Shown here in pieces: positions 1-15,235 of a stretch of 64,000 bases of DNA. Each line of letters begins with the position of its first letter. The stretch's first letter is position 1. A program made the position numbers and the translations under genes. Source of the DNA: Octopus sinensis (taxonomy: Eukaryota); assembly GCF_006345805.1 (NCBI RefSeq), contig NW_021832273.1, positions 1 to 64,000 on the forward strand. The letters run 5' to 3'. The notes below the pieces were generated by a model. It did no database searches and had not been told where the DNA came from. It saw nothing but the letters and a program-made list of their open reading frames with translations.

Positions 1-3000
1 AGTATATGTAATTAATTTCATAATATATATTTTAATTGGAAGGTCTCTAGATGTGAGAAAATGGGTGTATTTGAGATTATGTAATTAATTGCGTTATATA
101 TTATGCAATTAAGAGATGTCCATAAGATTTGAAGACCAGGAGGTACTTGAGATTATTTAAAGAATTGCGTATATATTTTACAATTGGGAGCGTCTCAAGA
201 TGTGAGAACATTGAGTACTTGAGATTATGTATTAAATCGTAATATATTATGCAATTAAGAGATGTCCATAGGTTTGAAGACAAGGGGGTACTTGAGATTA
301 TGTAATTAATTTCATAATATATAATGAAATTTGGAAGGTCTCTAGATGTGAGAAAATGGGTGTAATTAAGATTATTAATTAATTTCTTTATTTATTATGC
401 AATTAAGAGATGTCCCTAGATTTGAAGACATTGGGGTACTTGAGATTATTTAAAGAATTGCCTAAAATATTTTACAATTTGGGAGCGTCTCAAGATGTGA
501 GAACATGGTAGTACTCGAGTATATGTAATTCATTTCATAATATATAATGTAATTTGGAAGGTCTCTAGATGTTAGGAAATGGGTGTACTTGAAATTATGT
601 AATTAATTGCGTAATATATTATGCAATTAAGAGATGTCCATAGATTTGAAGACCAGGAGGTACTTGAGTTTATGTAATTAATTTCAAATTATATAATTTA
701 ATTTGCAAGGTCTCTAGATGTGAGAAAATGGGTGTAATTGAGATTATGTAATTATTTGCGTTATATATTATGCAATTAAGAGATGTCCCTAGATTTGAAG
801 ACATTGGGGTACTTGAGATTATTTAATGAATTACGTAATATATTTTACATTTTGTGAGCGTCTCAAGATGTGAGAACATGGGAGTACTTGAGATTATGTA
901 ATTAATTTCATAATATATAATGAAATTTGGAAGGTCTCTAGATGTGAGAAAATGGGTGTAATTAAGATTATGTAATTAATTTTGTTATTTATTATGCAAT
1001 TAAGAGATGTCCCTAGATTTGAAGACATTGGGGTACTTGAGATTATTTAAAGAATTGCCTAAAATATTTTACAATTTGGGAGCGTCTCAAGATGTGAGAA
1101 CATGGTAGTACTCGAGTATATGTAATTCATTTCATAATATATAATGTAATTTAGAAGGTCTCTATATGTTAGGAAATGGGTGTACTTGAAATTATGTAAT
1201 TAATTGCGTAATATATTATGCAATTAAGAGATGTCCATAGATTTGAAGACCAGGAGGTACTTGAGTTTATGTAATTAATTTCAAAATATATTATTTAATT
1301 TGGAAGGTCTCTAGATGTGAGAAAATTGGTGTAATTGAGATTATGTAATTAATTCGTTATATATTATGTAATTAAGAGATGTCCCTAGATTTAAAGACAT
1401 GTGGGTCCTTGAGATTATTTAATGAATTACGTAATATATTTTACAATTTGTGAGCGTCTCAAGATGTGAGAACATGGGAGTACTTGAGATTATGTAATTA
1501 ATTGAGTAAGATTATTAATTAATTTCTTTATTTATTATGCAATTAAGAGATGTCCCTAGATTTGAAGACATTGGGGTACTTGAGATTATTTGAAGAATTG
1601 CCTAAAATATTTTACAATTTGTGAGCGTCTCAAGATGTGAGAACATGGTAGTACTCGAGTATATGTAATTCATTTCATATATATAATGTAATGGAAGTCT
1701 CTAGATGTTAGGAAATGGGTGTACTTGAAATTATGTAATTAATTGCGTAAATATTATGCATTAAGAGATGTCCATAGATTTGAAGACCCGGAGGTACTTG
1801 AGATTATTTAAAGAATTGCGTTATATATTTTACAATTTGAGCGTCTCAAGATGTGAGAACATTTGAGTACTGAGATTATGTAATTAATATCGTAATATAT
1901 TATGCAATTAAGAGATGTCCATAGGTGAAGACCAGGGGGTACTTGAGATTATGTAATTAATTCATAATATATAATTTAAATTTGGAAGGTCTCTAGATGT
2001 GAGAAAATGGGTGTAATTGTGTGTAGGTAATTAATGCGTTATATATATGCAATTAAGCGATGTCCCTAGATTAAAGACATGGGGCCTTAAGATTATTTAA
2101 TGAATACGTATATATTTAAAATTTGTGAGCGTCTCAAGATGTGAGAAATAGGAGTACTTGAGATTATGAATTAATTTCATAATATATAATGAAATTGGAA
2201 GATCTCTAGATGGAGAAAATGGGTGTAATTAAGACCTCAAATTACATTATATATTATGAAATGAATTACATATACTCGAGTACTACCATGTTCTCACATC
2301 TTGAGACGCTCCCAAATTGTAAAATATTTTAGGCAATTCTTCAAATAATCTCAAGTACTCCAATGTCTTCAAATCTAGGGACATCGCTTAATTGCATAAT
2401 ATATAACGCAATTAATTACATACACACAATTACACCCATTTTCTCACATCTAGAGACCTTCCAAATTAAATTATATATTATGAAATTAATTACATAATCT
2501 CAAGTACCCCCTGGTCTTCAAATCTATGGACATCTCTTAATTGCATAATATATTACGCAATTAATTACATAATCTCAAGTACTCCCATGTTCTCACATCT
2601 TGAGACGCTCACAAATTGTTAAATATATTACGTAATTCATTAAATAATCTCAAGGACCCCCATTGTCTTCGAATCTAGGGACATCTCTTAATTGCATAAT
2701 ATATAACGCAATTAATTACATAATCTCAATTACACCCATTGACTCACATCTAGAGACCTTCCAAATTAAATTATATATTATAAAATTAATTAAATAATCT
2801 CAAGTACCCCTTTGTCTTTAAATTTATGGACATCTCTTAATTGCATAATATATTACGCAATTAATTACATAATTTCAAGTACACCCATTTCCTAACATCT
2901 AGAGACCTTCCAAATTACATTATATATTATGAAATTAATTACATAAACTCAAGTACTCCCATGTTCTCACATCTTGAGACGCTCCCAAATTGTAAAATAT

Positions 3001-6000
3001 ATTAAGCAATTCTTTAAATAATCTCAAGTACCCCAATGTCTTCAAATCTAGGGACATGTCTTATTTGCATAATATATAACGCAATTAATTACATGATCTC
3101 AATTACACCCATTTTCTCACATCTAGAGACCTTCCAAATTACATTAGATATTATGAAATTAATTACATAATCTCAAGTACCCCCTGGTCTTCAAATCTAT
3201 AGACATCTCTTAATTGCATAATATAGTACGCAATTAATTATATAATCTCAAGTACTCCCATGTTCTTACATCTTGAGACGCTCACAAATTTTAAAATATA
3301 TTACGTAATTCATTAAATAATCTTAAGGACCCCCATGTCTTTAAATCTAAGGACATCGCTTAATTGCATAATATATAACGCAATTAATTACATACTCTCA
3401 ATTACACCCATTTTCTCACATCTAGAGACCTTCCAAATTACATTATATATTATGAAATTAATTACATAATCTCAAGTACTCCCATGTTCTCACATCTTGA
3501 GACGCTCACAAATTTTAAAATATATTACGTAATTCATTAAATAATCTTAAGGACCCCCATGTCTTTAAATCTAGGGACATCGCTTAATTGCATAATATAT
3601 AACGCAATTAATTACATAATCTCAATTACACCCATTGTCTCACATCTACTTGTCTTCAAATTTATGGACATCTCTTAATTGCATAATATATTACGCAATT
3701 AATTACATAATTTCAAGTACACCCATTTCCTAACATCTAGAGACCTTCCAAATTACATTATATATTATGAAATTAATTACATAAACTCAAGTACTCCCAT
3801 GTTCTCACATCTTGAGACGCTCCCAAATTGTAAAATATATTAGTTAATTCTTTAAATAATCTCAAGTACCCCAATGTTTTCAAATTCAGGGACATGTCTT
3901 ATTTGCATAATATATAACGCAATTAATTACATAATCTTAATTACACCCATTTTCTCACATCTAGAGACCTTCCAAATTAAATTATATATTATGAAATTAA
4001 TTACATAATCTCAAGTACCCCCTGGTCTTCAAATCTATGGACATCTCTTAATTGCATAATATATTGCGCAATTAATTACATAATCTCAAGTACTCCTATG
4101 TTCTCACATCTTGAGACGCTCACAAATTGTAAAATATATTACGTAATTCATTAAATAATCTCAAGGACCCCCATTGTCTTCGAATCTAGGGACATCTCTT
4201 AATTGCATAATATATAACGCAATTAATTACATAATCTCAATTACACCCATTGACTCACATCTAGAAGACCTCCCAAATATTAATTATATATTATAAAATT
4301 AATTAAATAATCTCAAGTACCCCCTTGTATTCCAAATTTATGCACATCTCTTAATTGCGTAATATATTACGCAATTAATTACATAATTTCAAGTACACCA
4401 TTTCCTACATCTAGAGACCTTCAAATTACATTATATATTATGAAATTAATTACATAAACTCAAGTACTCCCATGTTCTCTCACATCTTGAGACGCTCCAA
4501 ATTGTAAAATATATTAAGCAATTCTTTAAATAATCTCAAGTACCCCAATGTCTTCAAATCTAGGGACATGTCTTATTGCATAATATAACGCAATAATTAC
4601 ATGATCTCAATTACACCCATTTTCTCACATCTAGAGACCTTCCAAATACATTAGATATTATGAAATAATTACATAATCTCAAGTACCCCCTGGTCTTCAA
4701 ATCTATAGACATCTCTAAATTGCCATAATATAGTACGCAATTAATTATATAATCTCAAGTACTCCCATGTTCTTACATCTTGAGACGCTCACAAATTTTA
4801 AAATATATTACGTAATTCATTAATAATCTTAAGGACCCCCATGTCTTTAAATCTAAGGACATCGCTTAATTGCATAATATATAACGCAATTAATACATAC
4901 TCTCAATTACACCATTTTCTCACATCTAGAGACCTTCCAAATACATTATATATTATGAAATTAATTACATAATCTCAAGTACTCCCATGTTCTCACATCT
5001 TGAGACGCTCACAAATTTTAAAATATATTACGTAATTCATTAAATAATCTTAAGGACCCCCATGTCTTTAATCTAGGGACATCGCTTAATTGCATAATAT
5101 ATAACGCAATTAATTACATAATCTCAATTACACCATTGTCTCACATCTACTTGTCTTCAAATTTATGGACATCTCTTAATTGCATAATATATTACGCAAT
5201 TAATTACATAATTTCAAGTACACCCATTTCCTAACATCTAGAGACCTTCCAAATTACATTATATATTATGAAATTAATTACATAAACTCAAGTACTCCAT
5301 GTTCTCACATCTTGAGACGCTCCCAAACTGTAAAATATATTAGTTAATTCTTTAAATAATCTCAAGTACCCCAATGTTTCAAATTCAGGGACATGTCTTA
5401 TTTGCATAATATATAACGCAATTAATTACATAATCTCAAGTACTCCCATGTTCTCACATCTTGAGACGCTCACATATGTTAAATATATTACGTAATTCAT
5501 TAAATAATCCCAAGGACCCCCATGTCTTCAAATCTAGGGACATCTCTTAATTGCATATATATAACGCAATTAATTACATAATCTTAATACACCCATTGTC
5601 TCACATCTAGAGACCTTCCAAATTAAATTATATATTATGAAATTAATTACATAATCTCAAGTACCCCCTGGTCTTCAAATCTATGTAATCTCTTAATTGC
5701 ATAATATATTACGCAATTAATTACATAATCTCAAGTACACCCATTTCCTCACATCTAGAGACCTTCCAAATTACATTATATATTATGAAATTAATTACAT
5801 AATCTCAAGTACACCCATGTTCTCACATCTTGAGACGCTCCCAAATTGTAAAATATATTACGAAATTCATTAAATAATCTCAAGTACCCCCATGTCTTCA
5901 AATCAAGGGACATCTCTTAATTGCATAATATATTACGCAATTTATTATATAATCTAGGGTACCCGAATGACCTAAAATCTAAGGACTCCTCTTAATTGCA

Positions 6001-9000
6001 TTATATATTACGCAATTTATTATATTATCTCAAGTACCCCCATGTACTCACATCTACAGACCTTCCTAAATTGCATAATATATTACACACATTAATATCT
6101 CTTGTACCCCCATGTCCTCAAATTTAAAGACATCTCTTATTTGCATAATATTTTACACAATATATTATTTATTCTCAAGTACTCCGATGTTCTCACATCT
6201 TGAGACGCTCACAAATTGTAAAATATATTCCACAATTCATTAAATAATCTAAAGTACCCCAATGTCTTCCAATCTAGGGACATCTCTTATTTGCATAATA
6301 ATAATCTCAATTACACCCATTTTCTCACATCTAGAGACCTTCCAAAGAGACCTTCCCAAAATACATTATATATTATGAAATTAATTACATAATCTCAAGT
6401 ACCCCCTGGTCTTCAAATTTATGGACATCTCTTAATTGCATAATATATTACGCAATTAATTACATAATTTCAAGTACACTCATTTCCTAACATCTAGAGA
6501 CCTTCCAAATTACATTATATATTATGAAATTAATTAAATAAACTCAAGTACTCCCATGTTCTCACATTTTGAGACGCTCCCAAATTGTAAAATATATTAG
6601 GCAATTCTTTAAATAATCTCAAGTACCGCAATGTCTTCAAATCTAGGGACATGTCTTATTTGCATAATAAATAACACAATATATTACATAATCTCAAGTA
6701 CTCCCATGTTCTCACATCTTGAGACGCTCACATATTGTTAAATATATTACGTAATTCATTAAATAATCCCAAGGACCCCCATGTCTTCAAATCTAGGGAC
6801 ATCTCTTAATTGCATAATATATAACGCAATTAATTACATAATCTTAATTACACCCATTGTCTCACATCTAGAGACCTTCCAAATTAAATTATATATTGAA
6901 ATTAATTACATAATCTCAAGTACCCCCTGGTCTTCAAATCTATGTACATCTCTTAATTGCATAATATATACGCAATTAATTACAAATCTCAAGTACACCC
7001 ATTTCCTCACATCAAGAGACCTTCCAAATTACATTATATATTATGAAATTAATTACATAATCTCAAGTACTCCCATGTTCTCACATCTTGAGACGCTCAC
7101 ATATTGTTAAATATATTACGTAATTCATTAAATAATCCCAAGGACCCCCATGTCTTCAAATCTAGGGACATCTCTTAATGCATAATATATAACGCAATTA
7201 ATTACATAATCTTAATTACACCCATTGTCTCACATCTAGAGACCTTCCAAATTAAATTATATATTATGAAATTAATTACATAATCTCAAGTACCCCCTGG
7301 TCTTCAAATCTATGTACATCTCTTAATTGCATAATATATTACGCAATTAATTACATAATCTCAAGTACACCCATTTCCTCACATCTAGAGACCTTCCAAA
7401 TTACATTATATATTATGAAATTAATTACATAATCTCAAGTACACCCATGTTCTCACATCTTGAGACGCTCCCAAATTGTAAAATATATTACGAAATTCAT
7501 TAAATAATCTCAAGTACCCCCATGTCTTCAAATCAAGGGACATCTCTTAATTGCATAATATATTACGCAATTTATTATATAATCTAGGGTACCCGAATGA
7601 CCTAAAATCTAAGGATTCCTCTTAATTGCATTATATATTACGCAATTTATTATATTATCTCAAGTACCCCCATGTACTCACATCTACAGACCTTCCTAAA
7701 TTGCATAATATATTACACAAACATTATATAATCTCTTGTACCCCCATGTCCTCAAATTTAAAGACATCTCTTATTTGCATAATATTTTACACAATATATT
7801 ATTTATTCTCAAGTACTCCGATGTTCTCACATCTTGAGACGCTCACAAATTGTAAAATATATTCCACAATTCATTAAATAATCTAAAGTACCCCAATGTC
7901 TTCCAATCTAGGGACATCTCTTATTTGCATAATAATAATTACAAACACCCATTTTCTCACATCTAGAGACCTTCCAAAGAGACCTTCCCAAAATACATTA
8001 TATATTATGAAATTAATTACATAATCTCAAGTACCACAGTACCCCCTGGTCTTCAAATTTATGGACATCTCTTAATTGCATATATATTACGCAATTAATA
8101 CATATTTCAAGTACACTCATTTCCTAACATCTAGAGACCTTCCAAATTACATTATATATTATGAAATTAATAATAAACTCAAGACTCCATGTTTCTCACT
8201 TTTGAGACGCTCCCAAATTGTAAAATATATTAGGCAATTCTTTAAATAATCTCAGTACCGCAATGTCTTCAAATCTAGGGACATGTCTTATTGCATAAAT
8301 AAAATAACACAATATATTACATAATCTCAGTACTACCCCATTCTCACATCTTGAGACGCTCACATATTGTTAAATAATTACGTAATTCATAAATAATCCA
8401 AGGACCCCCATGTCTTCAAATCTAGGGACATCTCTTAATTGCATAATATATAACGCAATTAATTACATAATCTTAATTACACCCATTGTCTCACATCTAG
8501 AGACCTTCCAAATTAAATTATATATATGAAATTAATTCACTAATCTCAAGTACCCCCTGGTCTTCAAATCTATGTACATCTTAATTGCATAATATATTAC
8601 GCAATAATTACATAATCTCAGTACACCCATTTCCTCACATCAAGAGACCTTCCAAATTACATTATATATTATGAAATTAATTACATAATCTCAAGTACTC
8701 CAGTATGTTCTCACATCTTGAAGACGCTCACATATTGTTAAATATATTACGTAATTCATTAAATAATCCCAAGGACCCCCATGTCTTCAATCTCTAGGGA
8801 CATCTCTTAATGCATAATATATAACGCAATTAATTACATAATCTTAATTACACCCATTGTCTCACATCTAGAGACCTTCCAAATTAAATTATATATTATG
8901 AAATTAATTACATAATCTCAAGTACCACCCTGGTCTTCAAATCTATGTACATCTCTTAATTGCATAATATATTACGCATTAATTACATAATCTCAAGTAC

Positions 9001-12000
9001 ACCCATTTCCTCACATCTAGAGACCTTCCAATTACATTATATATTAGGAAATTAATTACATAATCTCTCAAGTACAACCCATGTTCTCACATCTTGAGAC
9101 GCTCCCAAATTGTAAAATATATTACGAAATTCATTAATAATCTCAAGTACCCCCATGTCTTCAAATCAAGGGACATCTCTTATTGCATAATATATTACGC
9201 AATTATTATAATACTGGGTACCCGAATGACCTAAAATCTAAGGATTCCTCTTAATTGCATTATATATTACGCAATTTATTATATTATCTCAAGTACCCCC
9301 ATGTACTCACATCTACAGACCTTCCTAATTGCATAATATATTACACAAACATTATATAATCTCTTGTACCCCCATGTCCTCAAATTTAAAGACATCTCTT
9401 ATTTGCATAATATTTTACACAATATATTATTTATTTCATTCTAAGTACTCCGATGTTCTCACATCTTGAGACGCTCACAAATTGTAAAATATATCCACAA
9501 TTCATTAAATAATCTAAAGTACCCCAATGTCTTCCAATCTAGGGACATCTCTTATTTGCATAATAATAATCTCAATTACACCCATTTTCTCACATCTAGA
9601 GACCTTTCAAAGAGACCTTCCCAAAATACATTATATATTATGAAATTAATTACATAATCTCAAGTACCCCCTGGTCTTCAAATTTATGGACATCTCTTAA
9701 TTGCATAATATATTACGCAATTAATTACATAATTTCAAGTACACCCATTTCCTAACATCTAGAGACCTTCCAAATTACATTATATATTATGAAATTAATT
9801 ACATAAACTCAAGTACTCCCATGTTCTCACATCTTGAGACGCTCCCAAACTGTAAAATAGATTTAGTTAATTCTTTAAATAATCTCAAGTACCCCAATGT
9901 TTTCCAAATTCAGGGACATGTCTTATTTGCATATATATAACGCAATTAATTACATAATCTTAATTACACCCATTTTCTCACATCAAGAGACCTTCAAAAT
10001 TACATTATATATTATGAAATTAATTACATAATCTCAAGTACACCCATGTTCTCACATCTTGAGACGCTCCCAAATTGTAAAATATATTACGAATTCATTA
10101 AATAATCTCAAGTACCCCCATGTCTTCAAATCAAGGGACATCTCTTAATTGCATAATATATTACGCAATTTATTATATAATCTCAATTACACCATTTTCT
10201 TACATCTAGAGACCTTCCAAATTAAATTATATATTATGAAATTAATTACATAATCTCAAGTACCCCCTGGTCTTCAAATCTATGGACATCTCTTATTTGC
10301 ATAATATATTACGCAATTAATTATATAATCTCAAGTACTCCCATGTTCTCACATCTTGAGACGCCCCAAACTGTAAATATATTAGTTAATTCTTTAAATA
10401 ATCTCAAGTACCCCAATGTTTTCAAATTCAGGGACATGTCTTATTTGCATAATATATAACGCAATTAATTACATAATCTTAATTACACCCATTTTCTCAC
10501 ATCTAGAGACCTTCCAAATTACATTATATATTATGAAATTAATTAAATAAACTCAAGTACTCCCATGTTCTCACATCTTGAGACGCTCCCAAATTGTAAA
10601 ATATATTAGGCAATTCTTTAAATAATCTCAAGTACCGCAATGTCTTCAAATCTAGGGACATGTCTTATTTGCATAATAAATAACACAATATATTACATAA
10701 TCTCAAGTACTCCCATGTTCTCACATCTTGAGACGCTCACATATGTTAAATATATTACGTAATTCATTAAATAATCCCAAGGACCCCCCATGTCTTCAAA
10801 TCTAGGGACATCTCTTAATTGCATATATATAACGCAATTAATTACATAATCTTAATTACACCCATTGTCTCACATCTAGAGACCTTCCAAATTAAATTAT
10901 ATATTATGAAATTAATTACATAATCTCAAGTACCCCCTGGTCTTCAATCTATGTACATCTCTTAATTGCATAATATATTACGCAATTAATACATAATCTC
11001 AAGTACCCCATTTCCTCACATCTAGAGACCTTCCAAATTACATTATATATATGAAATTAATTACATATCTCAAGTACACCCATGTTCTCACATATTGAGA
11101 CGCTCCCAAATTGTAAAATATATTACGAAATCATTAAATAATCTCAAGTACCCCCATGTCTTCAAATCAAGGGACATCTCTAATTGCATAATATATTACG
11201 CAATTTATTATATAATCTAGGGTACCCGAATGACCTAAAATCTAAGGACTCCTCTTAATTGCATTATATATTACGCAATTTATTATATTATCTCAAGTAC
11301 CCCCATGTACTCACATCTACAGACCTTCCTAAATTGCATAATATATTACACAAACATTATATAATCTCTTGTACCCCCATGTCCTCAAATTTAAAGACAT
11401 CTCTTATTTGCATAATATTTTACACAATATATTATTTATTCTCAAGTACTCCGATGTTCTCACATCTTGAGACGCTCACAAATTGTAAAATATTCCACAA
11501 TTCATTAAATAATCTAAAGTACCCCAATGTCTTCCAATCTAGGACATCTCTTCTATTTGCATAATTAATAATCTCAATTACACCCATTTTCTCACATCTA
11601 GAGACCTTTAAAGAGACCTTCCCAAAATACATTATATTATGAAATTAATTACATAATCTCAAGTACCCCCTGGTCTTCAAATTTATGGACATCTCTTAAT
11701 TGCATAATATATTACGCAATTAATTACATAATTTCAAGTACACCCATTTCCTAACATCTAGAGACCTTCCAAATTACATTATATATTATGAAATTAATTA
11801 CATAAACTCAAGTACTCCCATGTTCTCACATCTTGAGACGCTCCCAAACTGTAAAATATATTAGTTAATTCTTTAAATAATCTCAAGTACCCCAATGTTT
11901 TCAAATTCAGGGACATGTCTTATTTGCATAATATATAACGCAATTAATTACATAATCTTAATTACACCCATTTTCTCACATCTAGAGACCTTCCAAATTA

Positions 12001-13803
12001 CATTATATATTATGAAATAATTAATAAACTTAAGTACTCCCATGTTCTCACATCTTGAGACGCTCCCAAATTGTAAAATATATTAGGCAATTCTTTAAAT
12101 AATCTCAAGTACCGCAATGTCTTCAAATCTAGGGACATGTCTTATTTGCATAATAAATAACACAATATATTACATAATCTCAAGTACTCCCATGTTCTCA
12201 CATCTTGAGACGCTCACATATTGTTAAATATATTACGTAATTCATTAAATAATCCCAAGGACCCCCATGTCTTCAAATCTAGGGACATCTCTTAATTGCA
12301 TAATATATAACGCAATTAATTACATAATCTTAATTACACCCATTGTCTCACATCTAGAGACCTTCCAAATTAAATTATATATTATGAAATTAATTACATA
12401 ATCTCAAGTACCCCCTGGTCTTCAAATCTATGTACATCTCTTAATTGCATAATATATTACGCAATTAATTACATAATCTCAAGTACACCCATTTCCTCAC
12501 ATCTAGAGACCTTCCAAATTACATTATATATTATGAAATTAATTACATAATCTCAAGTACACCCATGTTCTCACATCTTGAGACGCTCCCAAATTGTAAA
12601 ATATATTACGAAATCATTAAATAATCTCAAGTACCCCCTGTCTTCAAATCAAGGGACATCTCTTATTGCATAATATATACGCAATTAATTACATAATCTC
12701 AAGTACCCCAATGTCTTCAAATCTAGGGACATCTCTTAATTGCATTATATATTACGCAATTTATTATATTATCTCAAGTACCCCCATGTACTCACATCTA
12801 CAGACCTTCCTAAATTGCATAATATATTACACAAACATTATATAATCTCTTGTACCCCCATGTCCTCAAATTAAAGACATCTCTTATTTGCATAATATTT
12901 TACACAATATATTATTTATTCTCAAGTACTCCATGTTCTCACATCTTGAGACGCTCACAATTGTAAAATATATTCCACAATTCATTAATAATCTAAAGTA
13001 CCCCAATGTCTTCCAATCTAGGGACATCTCTTATTTTGCATAATAATAATCTCAATTACACCCATTTTCTCACATCTAGAGACCTTCCAAAGAGACCTTC
13101 CCAAAATACATTATATATTATGAAATTAATTACATAATCTCAAGTACCCCCTGGTCTTCAAATCTATGGACATCTTTAATTGCATAATATATAACGCAAT
13201 TAATTACATAATCTCAATTACACCCATTTTCTCACATCTAGAGACCTTCCAAATTACATTATATATTATGAAATTAATTACATAATCTCAAGTACTCCCA
13301 TGTTCTCACATCTTGAGACGCTCCCAAATTGTAAAATATATTAGGCAATTCTTTAAATAATCTCAAGTACCCCAATGTCTTCAAATCTAGGGACATGTCT
13401 TATTTGCATAATATATAACGCAATTAATTACATAATCTCAATTACACCCATTTTCTCACATCTAGAGACCTTCCAAATTACATTATATATTATGAAATTA
13501 ATTACATAATCTCAAGTACTCCCATGTTCTCACATCTTGAGACGCTCACAAATTGTAAAATATATTACACAATTCATTAAATAATCTAAAGTACCCCAAT
13601 GTCTTCTAATCTAGGAACATCTCTTAATTGCATAATATATAACACAATATATTACATAATCTCAAGTACACCCATTTTCTCACATCTAGAGACTTTCCAA
13701 ATTACATTATATATTATGAAATTAATTACATAATCTCAAGTACTCCCATTTTCTCACATCTAGAGACCTTCCAAATTACATTATATATTATGAAATTAAT
13801 TAC
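1..13803. repeat. AT-rich satellite array, ~75-bp monomers with higher-order structure
   Basis: Monomer starts (AATCTCAAGTAC-like) at 2571, 2646, 2722, 2796, 2871 and 2945 give 74-76-bp spacing. There are three main monomer types (TTCTCACATCTTGAGACGCTC, GTCTTCAAATCTAGGGACATCTC, TTCTCACATCTAGAGACCTTCC). Bases 1-~2232 are in reverse orientation. Confidence 0.97.
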
Positions 13804-14422
13804 GTTTTAAACATTTTTTGATCGAATCATTTTTTAATTTGTATAGCGGGATGTTTGCTTTTACAAAAGCTTCCGTGATCGTTTCTTTAACCAAATCTAC
13901 TTTAATTGATTCAGTTAATGTTGTTTGAACTGAATCACATGAATGACCTACAATTTTATTACATTTATACGCATATTGTTCTGATGTTTTAAAGAAGAAC
14001 GATGAGAATCGACTGAAAATTTTTTTGCACAGTTGACTTTGGATAAACAAAGAGAACAAAATAGAAGGCCATCGTCAGCAATACAGAACTCATCTTTGAA
14101 TTCTGAGACTATACGCTTGGCTTTCTTAAGCAACGAACACTTGGGTTTTGGCATCACTCAAAATACTATGTAGCGTGCTAAATTATTTTATTTAAATTAA
14201 TTTTGTATTATTTTATGGGTGGCATTAAAAAAAATTTAAATGCAATTTAAATTAGCATTTAAAAAAAATTAGCATTTAAAATTAAAAATAGCATTTATAG
14301 CATTTATAATGTATGTTTCTTTTTAACAAAATTAAAAAATAATTATTCCAAATTCAATTTTATATTAAAAAAATATAAAAAGTAAAAAATAGCATTTTAG
14401 CACTTAAATTGCCCTTGCCCTA
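13804..14422 (-). mobile_element. 5' part of hAT-type (CGGBP1-like) DNA transposon, truncated by the satellite; 23-nt intron at 13948-13970
   Basis: Terminus TAGGGCAAGGGC at 14422, with subterminal TTAGCATTTAAA repeats. The spliced ORF reads MMPKPK...LFCSLC...HRSSLKH (zinc finger) NNM|RHSC...AFVKANIPLYKLKN and joins track ORFs 13948..14157 and 13796..14059. Confidence 0.7.
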
Positions 14423-14904
14423 TTATTAACTCACTATCTCCTACCATCAAAACTTTTATTTAATTACACAAAAAACACTATGCTTGATTGACATCATTTT
14501 CTTAATTCACCATTTCAAAATAAACTTAGCAGTCACGTGTCTTTAACAGATAGGCCCAAATTAAAATTTAGTTATTGTGTCCTGAATTAGTAAAAGTATC
14601 GGGATTAAAGAAGAATCAGCATGCACAAGACTGCACCAGCCATGAAATAAAAACTCATATCCACTATTATATATTACACCCTTATTCCAAAAAGGGAAGG
14701 GACATAGAAGCAATATACCTTTCCTGATTCCTTTACCGACCTCTGCGCCACTAACTGTATTTTTTTGAGCTGCAGAATTAATTTCTTGGTCTCCAATGGT
14801 ATTGTTTGTATTTTCTTCATTTTCGGGATTAATTTCTTGGCTTCCACTCGTATTGTCAATATTTTCTTTATCTTCGGAATTATACCATTTTCAAGTCAAT
14901 TTGA

Positions 14905-15235
14905 CCATTACAAACTTCAAATGTCATCTGGATAATTCAATTTGTCAATTATAAATTTCAAATTTCAATTTTTTTTTTTATAAAAGTTATACAACAAATA
15001 GTTGTATGTAATTAACAAATAGTTATTAATAACTAAATTCCCGGCATCGTAAATGGAAACACAGTTTCCACGTACTATGGCCAAGGAAATCCTTTCGAAA
15101 AGCCACTTGGACTCGCGTGGGTCTCCCCGTTTATGGGAGATCATGCGGCCAAGCTAAATTTCAAATGTCATCTGAAAAAATCAATTTGTCAATTATAAAT
15201 TTCAAATGTCATCTGAAAAAATCAATTTGTCGATT
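14905..15235 (+). repeat. ~37-bp subterminal tandem repeat (AATTTGTCAATTATAAATTTCAAATGTCATCTGAAAAAATC), left arm; continues at 18376-18470
   Basis: Units read directly from the sequence; interrupted by two CRE insertions. Confidence 0.9.
14964..15154 (-). mobile_element. 5'-truncated CRE-clade retrotransposon 3' end (191 bp)
   Basis: Minus strand encodes LGRMISHKRGDPRESKWLFERISLAIVRGNCVSI, matching the C-termini of the other CRE ORFs. Poly(A) tail; 12-bp TSD TAAATTTCAAAT at 14952-14963 and 15155-15166. Confidence 0.88.

Noticed and set aside
101-11632. Track ORFs inside the satellite
   Set aside because: Chance open frames of repeated monomers with no protein motifs.
1-13803. CRISPR-like repeat-spacer pattern
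   Set aside because: The intervening segments are themselves repeats, there are no unique spacers or cas genes, and the context is eukaryotic.
15040-15154. GC-rich multi-hairpin segment resembling a structured ncRNA, SINE head or 5S-like RNA
   Set aside because: The minus strand translates as a CRE C-terminus (DPRESKWLFERISLAIVRGN) with poly(A) and a TSD.
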